A stretch of DNA of 64,000 bases from assembly GCA_035649495.1 (NCBI GenBank), contig DASRJL010000211.1:7713-71712 (forward strand), read 5' to 3'. Position numbers and translations under genes: made by a program. The notes under the pieces were generated by a model. It saw only the letters and a program-made list of their open reading frames with translations, did not search any database and had not been told where the DNA came from. This DNA is from Burkholderiales bacterium (lineage in GTDB: Bacteria > Pseudomonadota > Gammaproteobacteria > Burkholderiales > SG8-41). Shown here piece after piece: positions 1 to 9,513 of this stretch (positions are counted from its first letter, which is position 1; every line of letters starts with the position of its first letter).

Positions 1-1116
1 TCCCAGGAGTCGGTGGAGCTGGGGCCGTTTGCCCACTACATGCAGAAGGAGATCTTCGAGCAGCCGGGCGCGCTGGGCAACACGCTCGAGATGGTGTTGA
101 ACGCGCAGTCGCTGCAGCCCAACCTGTTCGGCGCGGAGGCCGAGGCGGCCTTCGGCCGGACCCGGCAGGTGCTGCTGCTCGCGTGCGGCACGAGCTATCA
201 CGCCGGTCTCGTCGCGCGCTACTGGCTCGAAGCCATCGCCGGATTGCCGGCGTCGGTCGAAATCGCGAGCGAATACCGCTATCGGGACCCGGTGGCCGTG
301 CCGGGGACGCTGGTGGTGACGATTTCCCAGTCGGGCGAGACCGCCGACACGCTGGCGGCGCTCCAGCATGCCCAGCAGGGCGGGCTTAGCGACGCGCTCT
401 CGGTCTGCAACGTGCCCGAGTCGGCGTTGCTGCGCCAGTCGAACCTGCGCTTCCTGACCCGCGCCGGTCCCGAGATCGGCGTGGCTTCCACCAAGGCATT
501 CACGACCCAGTTGGCCGCCCTTTTCGTGCTGACGCTGGTGTTCGCCAAGATCAGGCGGCGCCTGTCGCCCGAGCGCGAACGGGAGTTGATCGGCCAGCTG
601 CGGCACCTGCCTGCCGCCATGGAAGCGGTGCTGTCGGTGGAACCGCAGGTGCATGGCTGGGCGCGGCGCTTCCAGCCCAAGCATCACGCGCTCTTCCTCG
701 GCCGAGGCGTGCACTTTCCGATAGCGATGGAAGGGGCGCTCAAGCTGAAGGAGATCTCCTACGTGCACGCGGAGGCTTACGCCGCCGGAGAGCTGAAGCA
801 CGGCCCGCTCGCCCTGGTGGATTCCGAGATGCCGGTCGTGACGGTCGCCCCCAACGACCAGCTCCTCGAGAAGCTCAAGTCCAACATGCAGGAAGTGCGC
901 GCGCGTGGCGGCGAGCTGTACGTTGTCGCGGACCGGGATTCCCAGGTCGCAGAGAGCGAGGGCGTGCACGTCATACGCCTGGTCGACCACGCCGGGCCGC
1001 TCTCCCCCATCCTGCACGTGATCCCGCTGCAGCTACTCGCCTACCACGTCGCGCTCTTGCGCGGGACCGATGTAGACAAGCCCCGTAATCTCGCGAAATC
1101 GGTGACAGTAGAGTAG
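1..1116 (+). CDS. glmS: glutamine--fructose-6-phosphate aminotransferase, C-terminal part (5' end upstream of window)
   Basis: Frame 1 is open from base 1. Translation shows the SIS-domain repeats ([19 protein letters not shown]) and the invariant GlmS C-terminus [12 protein letters not shown]. Confidence 0.95.
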   Translation, partial: SQESVELGPFAHYMQKEIFEQPGALGNTLEMVLNAQSLQPNLFGAEAEAAFGRTRQVLLLACGTSYHAGLVARYWLEAIAGLPASVEIASEYRYRDPVAVPGTLVVTISQSGETADTLAALQHAQQGGLSDALSVCNVPESALLRQSNLRFLTRAGPEIGVASTKAFTTQLAALFVLTLVFAKIRRRLSPERERELIGQLRHLPAAMEAVLSVEPQVHGWARRFQPKHHALFLGRGVHFPIAMEGALKLKEISYVHAEAYAAGELKHGPLALVDSEMPVVTVAPNDQLLEKLKSNMQEVRARGGELYVVADRDSQVAESEGVHVIRLVDHAGPLSPILHVIPLQLLAYHVALLRGTDVDKPRNLAKSVTVE

Positions 1117-1171
1117 GTGTCCGTTTAACGGTTGCGATCCCCAGCATTAAGAGCGTGACGGTCGAATAAGA

Positions 1172-1942
1172 CTAGGCACCGCGCCGCGGCTTGCGCTCCG
1201 CGCGAGCGGCAAGGCTGTCGTAAAGCCAATCAGGAAGCACCCGCAGCAGGCGCGCCACGATTGCCATCTGCCACGGAATCACTGCGAGGGATTTGCCGCG
1301 ATCGACGATCGCAGTGATTTTTCCGGCCGCCTCATCCGCGGACAGCATGAACGGCATGGGGTATGGATTCCTCGCTGTCATGGGCGTCGCGATGTATCCC
1401 GGGCATATGGTGGTGACGGTGACGCCGCTGTCTCTTAACTCGACGCGCAGGCTTTCGAGACACGCGATCGCCGCCGCCTTCGATGCCGAGTAGGCCGCGG
1501 CGCCCGGCAGTCCACGGTAGCCGGCCACGCTCGCGATTCCGGCGAGCCTGCCCCGTCCGGCCGCCCGCATCGGGCCGATGAAGGGCTGGAACGCGTTGAC
1601 CATGCCCATCACGTTGATGTCGAAGATCTCGTGAAATGCCGGAATATCCCCGGCATGCTCGGCGAGCGTGCCGACACTCACCCCGGCATTGGCGATGACG
1701 ACATCGGGAGTCCCGTGCGCCGCAATGAAGGCGCGTCCAGCAGTCGAGAGCGCGCCGGCATCGCGCACGTCGAGCGGGTAGACTTCGCACGGCACGGCAA
1801 GCTCGCCGGCAAGCCTTTCCAGTTCGGCTTTGCGCCGCGCGATGAGACCCAGCGTCGCGCCCGCGGCGGCATAGCGCCGCGCGAGCGCGGCGCCCAGACC
1901 GCTCGACGCTCCGGTGATGATTACCCGTTGCGCCCCACCCAT
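1172..1942 (-). CDS. short-chain dehydrogenase/reductase (SDR) family oxidoreductase
   Basis: 256 aa with the N-terminal TGASSGLG cofactor motif and the YSASKAA catalytic motif typical of classical SDRs. Substrate not inferable. Confidence 0.85.
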   Translation of the reverse strand: MGGAQRVIITGASSGLGAALARRYAAAGATLGLIARRKAELERLAGELAVPCEVYPLDVRDAGALSTAGRAFIAAHGTPDVVIANAGVSVGTLAEHAGDIPAFHEIFDINVMGMVNAFQPFIGPMRAAGRGRLAGIASVAGYRGLPGAAAYSASKAAAIACLESLRVELRDSGVTVTTICPGYIATPMTARNPYPMPFMLSADEAAGKITAIVDRGKSLAVIPWQMAIVARLLRVLPDWLYDSLAARAERKPRRGA

Positions 1943-1951
1943 AAGCGATTC

Positions 1952-2095
1952 AGGGGGTGCGGGGAAACGGGAAGGCCAATCGGAACTTCAGGAAGGGCTC
2001 AACCCCGTCCGGAAGTGCCCGGATTTTCAGTTGCGGGGGGTTCGGGGGGAATGGGAAGTCCCCTCGGATTCTCAGGAAGGGGCCCATTCCCCCTG
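1952..2095 (+). repeat. G-rich REP-like structured element, one intact plus degenerate upstream copies
   Basis: 2035..2095 aligns along its length with 9417..9479 and contains an 11-bp stem (2045..2055 with 2083..2093). 1952..2034 holds degenerate copies sharing GGAAG...CGGA(A/T)(T/C)T(T/C)CAGGAAGGG. Confidence 0.75.
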
Positions 2096-2096
2096 A

Positions 2097-2753
2097 TCAT
2101 TTTGTTCCGCGCCGCTGCCGGGCGATCCGCACCAGGTCGTCGAGAACCACGACCATGTCCTTGATCGAAGGCGCCATGCTGCCCGAGGTGATGTAGCGGC
2201 CGTCCACGGCGAGCGAGGGCGTTCCCTCGACGCTGTAGAGTTTCATGGCGCGCACGGCGCGGGCGATCTTTCCGTCCACCTCGGGCGAGAAGTACGCGTC
2301 CACCCATTTCCGCTTGTCTATGCCGTTCTTCACCGCCCACTGCTCCATCACGTCGGGCTTGCTCATGTGGAGCTCTTCCACGTGGTAGCTGCGAAAGACG
2401 CGGGCATGCAGCCGTTCGGCCTCGTTCAGGAGCTCCAGCGTGTAGTAGATGCGCGCGTGCGGGGTCCAGCTGTCCTTGAGAATCGCCGGTATGCGGCGCA
2501 CCGTCACGTCCGACGGCTTGCTCTTGGTCCACGCTTCGAGGAATGGCAGCAACTGGTTGCAATACGGGCAGCCGTACCAGAAGAAATCGATGACTTCTAT
2601 CCGCTCGCCGGTTTCGACCTGCTGCGGCGGCTCGATCAGCCGGTACTCCATGTTCTGGCGCGCGCGCGGTGGCTCCTGGGCAAGGAGCGCGCTGCTCAGC
2701 GCGGCAAGAGGCATGGACGGCAGCGCGAGCAGCAGTGTGCGGCGGCGATTCAT
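2097..2753 (-). CDS. DsbA-family thiol:disulfide oxidoreductase (CPYC active site)
   Basis: Thioredoxin-fold protein with FFWYGCPYC active site and a signal peptide starting at MNRRRTLLLALPS. Start trimmed to that Met; the track ORF runs to 2804. Confidence 0.85.
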   Translation of the reverse strand: MNRRRTLLLALPSMPLAALSSALLAQEPPRARQNMEYRLIEPPQQVETGERIEVIDFFWYGCPYCNQLLPFLEAWTKSKPSDVTVRRIPAILKDSWTPHARIYYTLELLNEAERLHARVFRSYHVEELHMSKPDVMEQWAVKNGIDKRKWVDAYFSPEVDGKIARAVRAMKLYSVEGTPSLAVDGRYITSGSMAPSIKDMVVVLDDLVRIARQRRGTK

Positions 2754-2763
2754 GTGTGCGCTC

Positions 2764-3444
2764 CTATTTTTTCCCCGCGCGCGGCTGGCTGCGCGCCATG
2801 GCAATGAGCTGATCGAGATTTGCGAGGAACTTCTCGTAGTCGACGCTGCCGTTGGCGCCGGAGTTGCCCTTCATCGACGGCGAGATGAGGTAGCGCCCGT
2901 CCACCACCAGGATCGGCGTATGCGGTACGTCGTGGTTGCGCGTCAAGTCGGCCGCCCGCTGTGTGCGGCTGGTGACGGCGAAGGAGTTGTAGGTGTCCTC
3001 GAACTTCTTGCGATCCACGCCTTTGGCAGCTACCCAGTCGAACAGCGGCTTCGGGTCCTTGGCAAGCATTTTGGGATTGAGCGCCTTCTGCTGGTGGATC
3101 GCATTGAAGAGCTCGCGGTGCAGCTTGTCGACGAGCCCCATGGCCTCGATCGTGTAGTAGGTGCGCGCAAGCTGCAGCCACGAGCTGTCGAGCACCGCGG
3201 GCACGCGCCGGAACTCGACGTCCGCGGGCTTGCGCTTCAACCAGGTCTCGAGCGGGGGCTGCAGGGCGTAGCAATGGGGGCAGGCGTACCAGAAGAACTC
3301 GAGCACCTCGACCTTGCCCTTGCTGTCGGTGGGCTGGGGCTGTGCCAGGACCTCGTAACTGGATCCCTTTTCGAGCCCGGCCGCGGTACCGGGCAGTGCC
3401 AGGCACAGGCAGGCCAGCGTCAAGAAGAGTTTCATTGATCTCAT
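2764..3444 (-). CDS. dsbA: DsbA-family thiol:disulfide oxidoreductase (CPHC active site)
   Basis: 226 aa with signal peptide MRSMKLFLTLACLCLALPGTAAG and FFWYACPHC, the canonical DsbA CPHC motif. Alternative start at 3435. Confidence 0.88.
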   Translation of the reverse strand: MRSMKLFLTLACLCLALPGTAAGLEKGSSYEVLAQPQPTDSKGKVEVLEFFWYACPHCYALQPPLETWLKRKPADVEFRRVPAVLDSSWLQLARTYYTIEAMGLVDKLHRELFNAIHQQKALNPKMLAKDPKPLFDWVAAKGVDRKKFEDTYNSFAVTSRTQRAADLTRNHDVPHTPILVVDGRYLISPSMKGNSGANGSVDYEKFLANLDQLIAMARSQPRAGKK

Positions 3445-3457
3445 CGCATCTCACTCG

Positions 3458-4060
3458 TTATTGTTGCCGGGGCCGGTCCGACTCCTGCACCTTGACGAGG
3501 GCGGTGTCGTAACCGTTCTGCTTCAGTGTCTCGCGGGCGCGGTTTAGTTCCTCTATGCTCGCGTACGGACCGACGCGCACGCGGTGCATCACGCCCTTGT
3601 CGGGCAGGTTCGCGGTCTGGATGATCGCCTCGACGCCGACCAGGGCGAGCCGGGCCTTGAGATTGTCCGCGTCGGGCGCGTTCTGGAAGGCGCCCGCCTG
3701 GAGGAAGAACGTCTCACGCTCGCCCGCGGTTGACGGTTTCTGCGTTTCTTTCACCTGCTCGCCGGTCGCCGGCTGCTCGCCCGGGAGGATCTTGTAGAAA
3801 TCGAAGCGGGGCTTGGCGTCCGGGGCGGCCTTGGCCGATTTGTCCTCGGCTTTGACCTCGTTCTTCGCGGCAGGCTGCGGCGCGGGCTTGGCCAGAGGCG
3901 CGCTGCGCGGGAAGGGACTGGGCATCTTGTTGATGTACCACGCCACCCCGAGCGCGATCGACAGGCCCAGCACCAGGCCGATCAGGATGCCGACGAGAAG
4001 CGAGCCGCTCGCCGCACGCGAGGCGGGCTTGCGCTCGGGTTTTTTATAGTCCTTCGACAC
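3458..4060 (-). CDS. SPOR domain-containing cell-division/peptidoglycan-binding protein
   Basis: N-terminal TM helix, a low-complexity Ala/Pro/Lys linker, and a C-terminal SPOR-like segment (FFLQAGAF...HRVRVGPY). Lies downstream of argS, as in Pseudomonas-type synteny. Confidence 0.8.
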   Translation of the reverse strand: MSKDYKKPERKPASRAASGSLLVGILIGLVLGLSIALGVAWYINKMPSPFPRSAPLAKPAPQPAAKNEVKAEDKSAKAAPDAKPRFDFYKILPGEQPATGEQVKETQKPSTAGERETFFLQAGAFQNAPDADNLKARLALVGVEAIIQTANLPDKGVMHRVRVGPYASIEELNRARETLKQNGYDTALVKVQESDRPRQQ

Positions 4061-4108
4061 CCCGTTATCTTACCTCAGCGGGCGTGTCAGGAACGGCGCT
4101 GCGCGCGG

Positions 4109-5764
4109 CTACATTTTCTCGGGCGCGGAGACGCCGAGCAGCCCGAGTCCATTGCGCACGACCGCGCGCACCGCGGCAGCGAGCGCAAGACGGGCAATTT
4201 TCACACTCTCCTCGTCGACCAGGAAACGGGTCGAGTTGTAGTAGCTGTGAAAATCCGCCGCGAGGTCCCGCAGATAGAACGCGATGCGATGCGGGGCGAG
4301 CTCGACGGCCGCCTGCTCCACGATCTCCGGGTACTCCATCAGCCGCGCGAGCAGGACGGATTCCTGGCTCGAGGCGAGAGGTGACTTGTCGGCAGCGGCG
4401 AGGCCGCCGGGATCGCCGCCCCATTGCTCGAGGACGCTGCACACCCGGGCGTGCACCATCTGCACGTAGTACACCGGGTTTTCCTCGCTCTTGGCGCGCG
4501 CCAGGTCAACGTCGAATACAAAATCCGTGTCGGCCTTGCGGGACACGAGGAAAAAGCGCACCGCGTCGCGTCCGACCCAGTCGATCAGGTCGCGCACGGT
4601 GACGTAGGACCCGGCCCGCTTGGAGATTTTTATTTCCTCGCCGCCGCGTATCACCTTCACCAGGCTGTGCAGCACGTAATCGGGATAGTCCACCGGGATC
4701 CCGAGGCCGAGCGCCTGCAATCCGGCGCGCACGCGCGTCACCGTGCTGTGGTGGTCGGTGCCCTGAACGTCGATAACCTTGCGAAAGCCGCGCTGCCACT
4801 TGGTGACATGGTAGGCGACGTCCGGCACGAAATAGGTGTACGTGCCATCTGACTTGCGCACCACGCGATCCTTGTCGTCGCCATAGTCGGTCGTGCGCAG
4901 CCACAACGCGCCGCCCTCCTCGTAGGTCTTGCCGCTCGCGATGAGCCCCTTTACCGTGGCGTCCACCTTACCGTCGGCGTACAGGCTCGACTCCAGGTAA
5001 TAGACGTCGAATTTCACGCCGAACGCCAGCAAATCGGCGTCCTGCTCGGCGCGGAGGTAGGCCACCGCGAACTTGCGAATGGCCTCGAGATCCTGAGTAT
5101 CGCCCCTATCCGCAAGGTAGGCGCGGGCGATGTCCGCTATGTACTCCCCGTTGTAGGCCTCTTCCGGCCACCCGGTTTCGCCGGGGTTGATGCCCTTCGC
5201 GCGTGCCTGGACCGAGAACGCCAGCTTGTCGATCTGCGCGCCGGCGTCGTTGTAGTAGTACTCGCGTGTGACGGAATGACCCTGTGACTCCAGCAGCGCC
5301 GCAATGGCGTCACCCAGCGCCGCCTGGCGCCCGTGGCCTACGTGCAGCGGCCCGGTCGGGTTGGCCGAAACGAATTCGACCTGAACCCTGTTGTCTCCCT
5401 GCGATAACGTCTTTCCGTAAGAGTCGCCCTCGACCAGGATGCGGCTCACCACCTCCTGCTTGTAGCTCGCCCGGAGAAAGAGATTGATGAACCCGGCCCC
5501 CGCGATCTCGGCTTTCTCCAGCTCAGACGTCGCCGGCAGCGCGGCCACCAGGCGCGACGCGATCTCGCGTGGCGGGCGCTTCAGTACCTTGGCAAGCTGC
5601 AGCGCCACGTTGCAGGCGTAGTCACCGTGCGCGGCCTGCTTCGGGCGTTCGAGCAGGAGCGCCGCCGGGACGTGGCCGGGAGCGACCACCTCGACCGCGG
5701 CAGCCAGCGCCCTCGTCAATCGGGTTCTCGCGTCCTCAGGTGGAGACATGCTTGATCCTAGCAT
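4109..5764 (-). CDS. argS: arginine--tRNA ligase
   Basis: Class I aaRS with the HVGH signature ([11 protein letters not shown]) and a typical ArgS anticodon-binding C-terminus ending in M. Start is ambiguous among 5782, 5764 and 5749. Confidence 0.93.
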   Translation of the reverse strand: MLGSSMSPPEDARTRLTRALAAAVEVVAPGHVPAALLLERPKQAAHGDYACNVALQLAKVLKRPPREIASRLVAALPATSELEKAEIAGAGFINLFLRASYKQEVVSRILVEGDSYGKTLSQGDNRVQVEFVSANPTGPLHVGHGRQAALGDAIAALLESQGHSVTREYYYNDAGAQIDKLAFSVQARAKGINPGETGWPEEAYNGEYIADIARAYLADRGDTQDLEAIRKFAVAYLRAEQDADLLAFGVKFDVYYLESSLYADGKVDATVKGLIASGKTYEEGGALWLRTTDYGDDKDRVVRKSDGTYTYFVPDVAYHVTKWQRGFRKVIDVQGTDHHSTVTRVRAGLQALGLGIPVDYPDYVLHSLVKVIRGGEEIKISKRAGSYVTVRDLIDWVGRDAVRFFLVSRKADTDFVFDVDLARAKSEENPVYYVQMVHARVCSVLEQWGGDPGGLAAADKSPLASSQESVLLARLMEYPEIVEQAAVELAPHRIAFYLRDLAADFHSYYNSTRFLVDEESVKIARLALAAAVRAVVRNGLGLLGVSAPEKM

Positions 5765-5836
5765 GGCATGATCCGCCCACATTTTCCCTGGGATCTGTGT
5801 TCATCTGTGTTTATCCGTGGCGCAAGCCGCGTTCTC

Positions 5837-7840
5837 TCAGAACTCCAGCGGATCGACGTCGAGCGACCAGCGCGCGCGCGTGGATCGCCGGGCCGCCAGT
5901 TGCCCGCGCCAGGCCTGCAGAAAGCGCTGCAAGCGCGGGCGCGATTCGGATTGGACCAGGAGCTGGGCGCGTTCGCGTCCGGCGCGGCGCGGCAGCGTCG
6001 CCGGCACCGGGTCGTACATCGTGACCGGCAGGTTGAGCCCTCGTCCCAGCCGCGCGGCGGCGGCCAGAAAGTCGAGCGCGACGGCGAGCCGCGGCGCTTC
6101 CGCCCTCAGCAGCGCCTGGTGCACGAACGGCGGGAACCCGGCCTGCCTGCGCTCCGTGAGCAGGTTGTCCGCGAAAGCGCGGTAGTCGTGCCGCTTCAAC
6201 GCCTCGTACAGCGGGTGACCCGGGAATTCGGTCTGGATCAGCACCGTTCCGCGCGTTTCGCCGCGTCCGGCGCGCCCGGCGACCTGCGTGAGGAGTGCAA
6301 ACAAGCGCTCCGCGGCGCGGACATCCGAGCTGTAGAGCAGAGCGTCGGCGTTCACGACGCCCACCAGGTTCAAGTGCGGGAAGTCGTGGCCTTTCGCGAG
6401 TATCTGCGTGCCTACCAGGATGTCGACCTCGCGCCGTGCGATCTGACCGCGCATGGCGGACCAGGCGTCGCGCTTGCGCGTGCTGTCGCGATCGATTCGG
6501 AGCACCCGCGCCGCATCGAACTCGCCGGCGAGCGCCGCCTCGACCCGTTGCGTCCCCTGACCCACCGGCGCGAGATCCTGATTGCCGCACTGGGGGCAGG
6601 CCGCCGGGACGGGCGCCTGGTGACCGCAGTGGTGGCAACGCATCCGCTGATCCTTGAGGTGCAGCACGAGCTGCGCGGCGCAGCGGTGGCAGCCCGCGAT
6701 CCACCCGCAGCTGCGGCAGGCGAGCACCGGCGCGAAGCCGCGGCGGTTGATGAATACGAGGCTTTGCTCGCCGCGCGCCCAGGACCCCCGGATCGCCGAG
6801 AGCAGGCCCGCCGATAGTCCGTTGCGCGAGCGCTCCGCGCGCGTGTCGAGGGATTCGATAGCCGGGGGTGGCGCGCCGATGCGCTGCGTCAGTGGGTGCA
6901 GGGCGTAACGCCCGGTGATCGCGTTGTGGTAGGTCTCCAGCGCCGGCGTCGCCGAGCCCAGCACGATCGGGACGTTGCGCTGCCGCGCACGTACGACCGC
7001 CAGATCGCGCGCCGAATAGCGGAACCCCTCAGCCTGCTTGAACGAAGCGTCGTGCTCCTCGTCGACGACGACGATCCCCAGCCCGGGCATGGGTGTAAAC
7101 ACGGCGAGCCGGGTGCCCAGCACGATACGCGCCCGGCCGGATTGCGCGGCGAGCCAGTGCGCCAGCCGCTCGCTCTCGTTCAAGCCGCTGTGGAGGCAGG
7201 CGATGGGCGTGTCCGGAAAGCGGGCGCTTACCAACGCCTCCAGCTGGGGTGTCAGCGCAATCTCCGGCACGAGCACCAGCGCTTGCCGGCCCTGCGCGAG
7301 GATGAAGGAGATCGCATGCAGATAGACCTCGGTCTTGCCGCTCCCTGCCACGCCCAGGAGAAGATGGGGCTGAAATGCCCGGGAGTTTTCGCAGATATGC
7401 GTAACGGCGGCAGCTTGCTCGGCGGTGAGCCGTGGAGCAGCGGGTGACGGCTGGGCATGCGCCATTTCGGTTCCGTACAGTTGTCGGTCGGCCTGTCGCC
7501 GCGCCCGCTTCCCGATCGTGCGGAGCCGCGCAGGCAGCGCGCCCATCACCACCTCTCCCAGGGGATGGTGGTAGTAGTCGCTCGCAAACTTCAGGAGCTC
7601 CAGATCGGCCGTGCCGAGGCCGGGTCCGTCGCGCAGCACCTCCAGGACGCGTTTCAACCGGGTCGGCGAAATCTCCGAGGTACGGGCGCACTCGATGACG
7701 ACTCCAATCGCGGTCCTGCTGCCGAAGGGCACGAGCACGCGCTGCCCGATATCGTCCTCCGCGACGCCGTCACCCCGATAATCGAACAGCTTCGCCACGG
7801 GCACGTCGAGGGCGATGCGGGCAATGCGGGACTGGTTCAT
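5837..7840 (-). CDS. priA: primosomal replication restart helicase PriA
   Basis: 667 aa with Walker A GVAGSGKTEVY, DEEH box and the Cys-rich zinc-binding insertion (CRSCGW...CHRC...CHHCG...CPQCG) diagnostic of PriA. Confidence 0.93.
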   Translation of the reverse strand: MNQSRIARIALDVPVAKLFDYRGDGVAEDDIGQRVLVPFGSRTAIGVVIECARTSEISPTRLKRVLEVLRDGPGLGTADLELLKFASDYYHHPLGEVVMGALPARLRTIGKRARRQADRQLYGTEMAHAQPSPAAPRLTAEQAAAVTHICENSRAFQPHLLLGVAGSGKTEVYLHAISFILAQGRQALVLVPEIALTPQLEALVSARFPDTPIACLHSGLNESERLAHWLAAQSGRARIVLGTRLAVFTPMPGLGIVVVDEEHDASFKQAEGFRYSARDLAVVRARQRNVPIVLGSATPALETYHNAITGRYALHPLTQRIGAPPPAIESLDTRAERSRNGLSAGLLSAIRGSWARGEQSLVFINRRGFAPVLACRSCGWIAGCHRCAAQLVLHLKDQRMRCHHCGHQAPVPAACPQCGNQDLAPVGQGTQRVEAALAGEFDAARVLRIDRDSTRKRDAWSAMRGQIARREVDILVGTQILAKGHDFPHLNLVGVVNADALLYSSDVRAAERLFALLTQVAGRAGRGETRGTVLIQTEFPGHPLYEALKRHDYRAFADNLLTERRQAGFPPFVHQALLRAEAPRLAVALDFLAAAARLGRGLNLPVTMYDPVPATLPRRAGRERAQLLVQSESRPRLQRFLQAWRGQLAARRSTRARWSLDVDPLEF

Positions 7841-8043
7841 CGTGACTGCTGGCGGGGGTGATAGGTCGGTCGGATCAGGATAGAGACCCCAACGTGTCAG
7901 AGAATCTCTACTATGAAGCGTAAGAACTCAACTACAGAAAAGCCTTTCAAAAGGGACCACTACCTCGACAAGTGAAACGCATTCTTCGAAAGGCGGGCAA
8001 GTTCTTTAGCGGCTACGGGATTTTCTGGTTATCGCCATCACGC

Positions 8044-8052
8044 TGTGGATAA
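8044..8052 (-). promoter_or_regulatory. perfect DnaA-box 9-mer (TTATCCACA on minus strand)
   Basis: The + strand reads TGTGGATAA. A second relaxed-consensus box, TGTGCATAA, lies at 8225..8233 in the same orientation. Both sit in the 420-nt noncoding hemE-priA spacer. Confidence 0.4.
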
Positions 8053-8277
8053 GCCTGTTAATGATTGCCTCCCCGAGCGCTGTCCAGGCCGTCGCTGTGG
8101 CATGGGCGCAAAAAATACGCGATGCCGGAGCGGTGATTTAATAGTCTTATATTCAATGGGTTGCGAAACCTATCGCCAAGGCGGCCGCTGGCGGTCGCGG
8201 TCTGCGCAACATCTGGCGCCGGAATGTGCATAACTCGCCGCCGCCGCTCCCCGAAAAGCCTGAACTGGCGCGGGTTT

Positions 8278-9336
8278 TCAGTGATACGGTCGGGAGAGCT
8301 CGTGCACTGCCTCGACCAGGATCGCGACGTTTTCCGGCGGCGTGAACCGCGATACGCCATGCCCGAGATTGAAGATGTGGCCGCTGCCGCGGCCGTAATG
8401 CGAGAGCACGCTCGCCGCGCCAGCCCGGATCGTCTCGGCTTCGGCCAGCAGCACCACCGGCTCGAGATTGCCTTGCAGCGCCGCGCGGGCGCCCACGCGC
8501 TCGCGCGCGCTGCCAAGGTGCACGGTCCAGTCGATCCCCACGGCGTCGCAGCCGCTCGCGGCGATGGCTTCGAGCCACGCGCCGCCGCCCTTGGTGAAAA
8601 GAATATTCGGCACGCGGACCCCGTCACATTCCCGCGCCAGTCCGTCCAGCACCTGCTGCATGTAGGCGAGGGAAAACTCGCGGTATTCGGCGTGGCCGAG
8701 CGCGCCGCCCCAAGTATCGAAGATCATGACGGCCTGCGCCCCTGCCTCGATCTGGGCATTGAGGTACGCCGTGACCGCGCGGGCATTCACGTCCAGGATC
8801 CGGCGCAAGAGGTCGGGCCGCCGGTAAAGCATCGTCTTGATGTGATGGAAATCCGTGCTGGGTCCGCCCTCCACCATGTAGCACGCCAAGGTGAAGGGAC
8901 TGCCTGCAAAGCCGATCAACGGCACCTCCCCGGCGAGCGCCCGGCGCACTTGGGCAACGGTGTCGAAGACGTAGCGCAACTCACCCGGGTCCGGGACGTT
9001 GAGGCCGTGGATTTCCCGCTCCTCGCGCAGGGGCCGGGCGAGGGTCGGGCCCTCGCCTTCAACGAAGGCCAGGCCCAGCCCCATCGCATCCGGGATCGTC
9101 AGAATATCCGAGAAGACGATTGCCGCATCGAGCGCGTAGCGCGCCAGGGGCTGCAGCGTGACCTCCGTTGCGAGGTCCGGGTTGCGGCACAGGGCCATGA
9201 AACTGCCGGCGCGCGCGCGCGTGGTGTTGTATTCGGGCAGGTAGCGACCCGCCTGGCGCATCAGCCACACCGGGGTGTAGGGCGTCGGCTGCCGGAGCAG
9301 GGCGCGGATGAAGGTGTCGTTCTTGAGTTTGCTCAT
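8278..9336 (-). CDS. hemE: uroporphyrinogen decarboxylase
   Basis: 352 aa with the N-terminal [15 protein letters not shown] motif and full-length collinearity with HemE. Confidence 0.95.
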   Translation of the reverse strand: MSKLKNDTFIRALLRQPTPYTPVWLMRQAGRYLPEYNTTRARAGSFMALCRNPDLATEVTLQPLARYALDAAIVFSDILTIPDAMGLGLAFVEGEGPTLARPLREEREIHGLNVPDPGELRYVFDTVAQVRRALAGEVPLIGFAGSPFTLACYMVEGGPSTDFHHIKTMLYRRPDLLRRILDVNARAVTAYLNAQIEAGAQAVMIFDTWGGALGHAEYREFSLAYMQQVLDGLARECDGVRVPNILFTKGGGAWLEAIAASGCDAVGIDWTVHLGSARERVGARAALQGNLEPVVLLAEAETIRAGAASVLSHYGRGSGHIFNLGHGVSRFTPPENVAILVEAVHELSRPYH

Positions 9337-9416
9337 GAACTGACGGCGCGCGCGGAGAAAATCCGAATCATGTAGCTCTTCTCATCCTGCCCCCGCGAGG
9401 ATGGATGCAGTGTAGT

Positions 9417-9479
9417 GGGGGGTGCGGGGGGCGCGGGAAGGGCCCTCGCGAATTTGCAGGAAGGGGCCCGCGCCCCCTG
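9417..9479 (+). repeat. G-rich REP-like structured element, second copy
   Basis: GGGGGGTGCGGGGGGCGCGGGAAGGGCCCTCGCGAATTTGCAGGAAGGGGCCCGCGCCCCCTG. 11-bp stem pairs 9427..9437 with 9467..9477. Confidence 0.75.
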
Positions 9480-9513
9480 CTCCATTATCTCCCGTGGGAT
9501 CGAGAATTGCCGC

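Noticed and set aside
7913-7975. 20-codon ORF (MKRKNSTTEKPFKRDHYLDK) in the hemE-priA spacer and the 83-aa ORF at 28115..28366
   Set aside because: Neither has a Shine-Dalgarno sequence, and neither shows the codon-usage bias of a GC-rich genome. The second starts right after a terminator and runs into the cytochrome c4 start. There is no supporting evidence for either.
7861-8277. Chromosomal replication origin (oriC) next to hemE
   Set aside because: There are only two DnaA-box matches, no cluster, and no convincing AT-rich 13-mer-like unwinding element. No dnaA, dnaN or gidA is nearby. It is kept only as a lower-interest regulatory-site finding.
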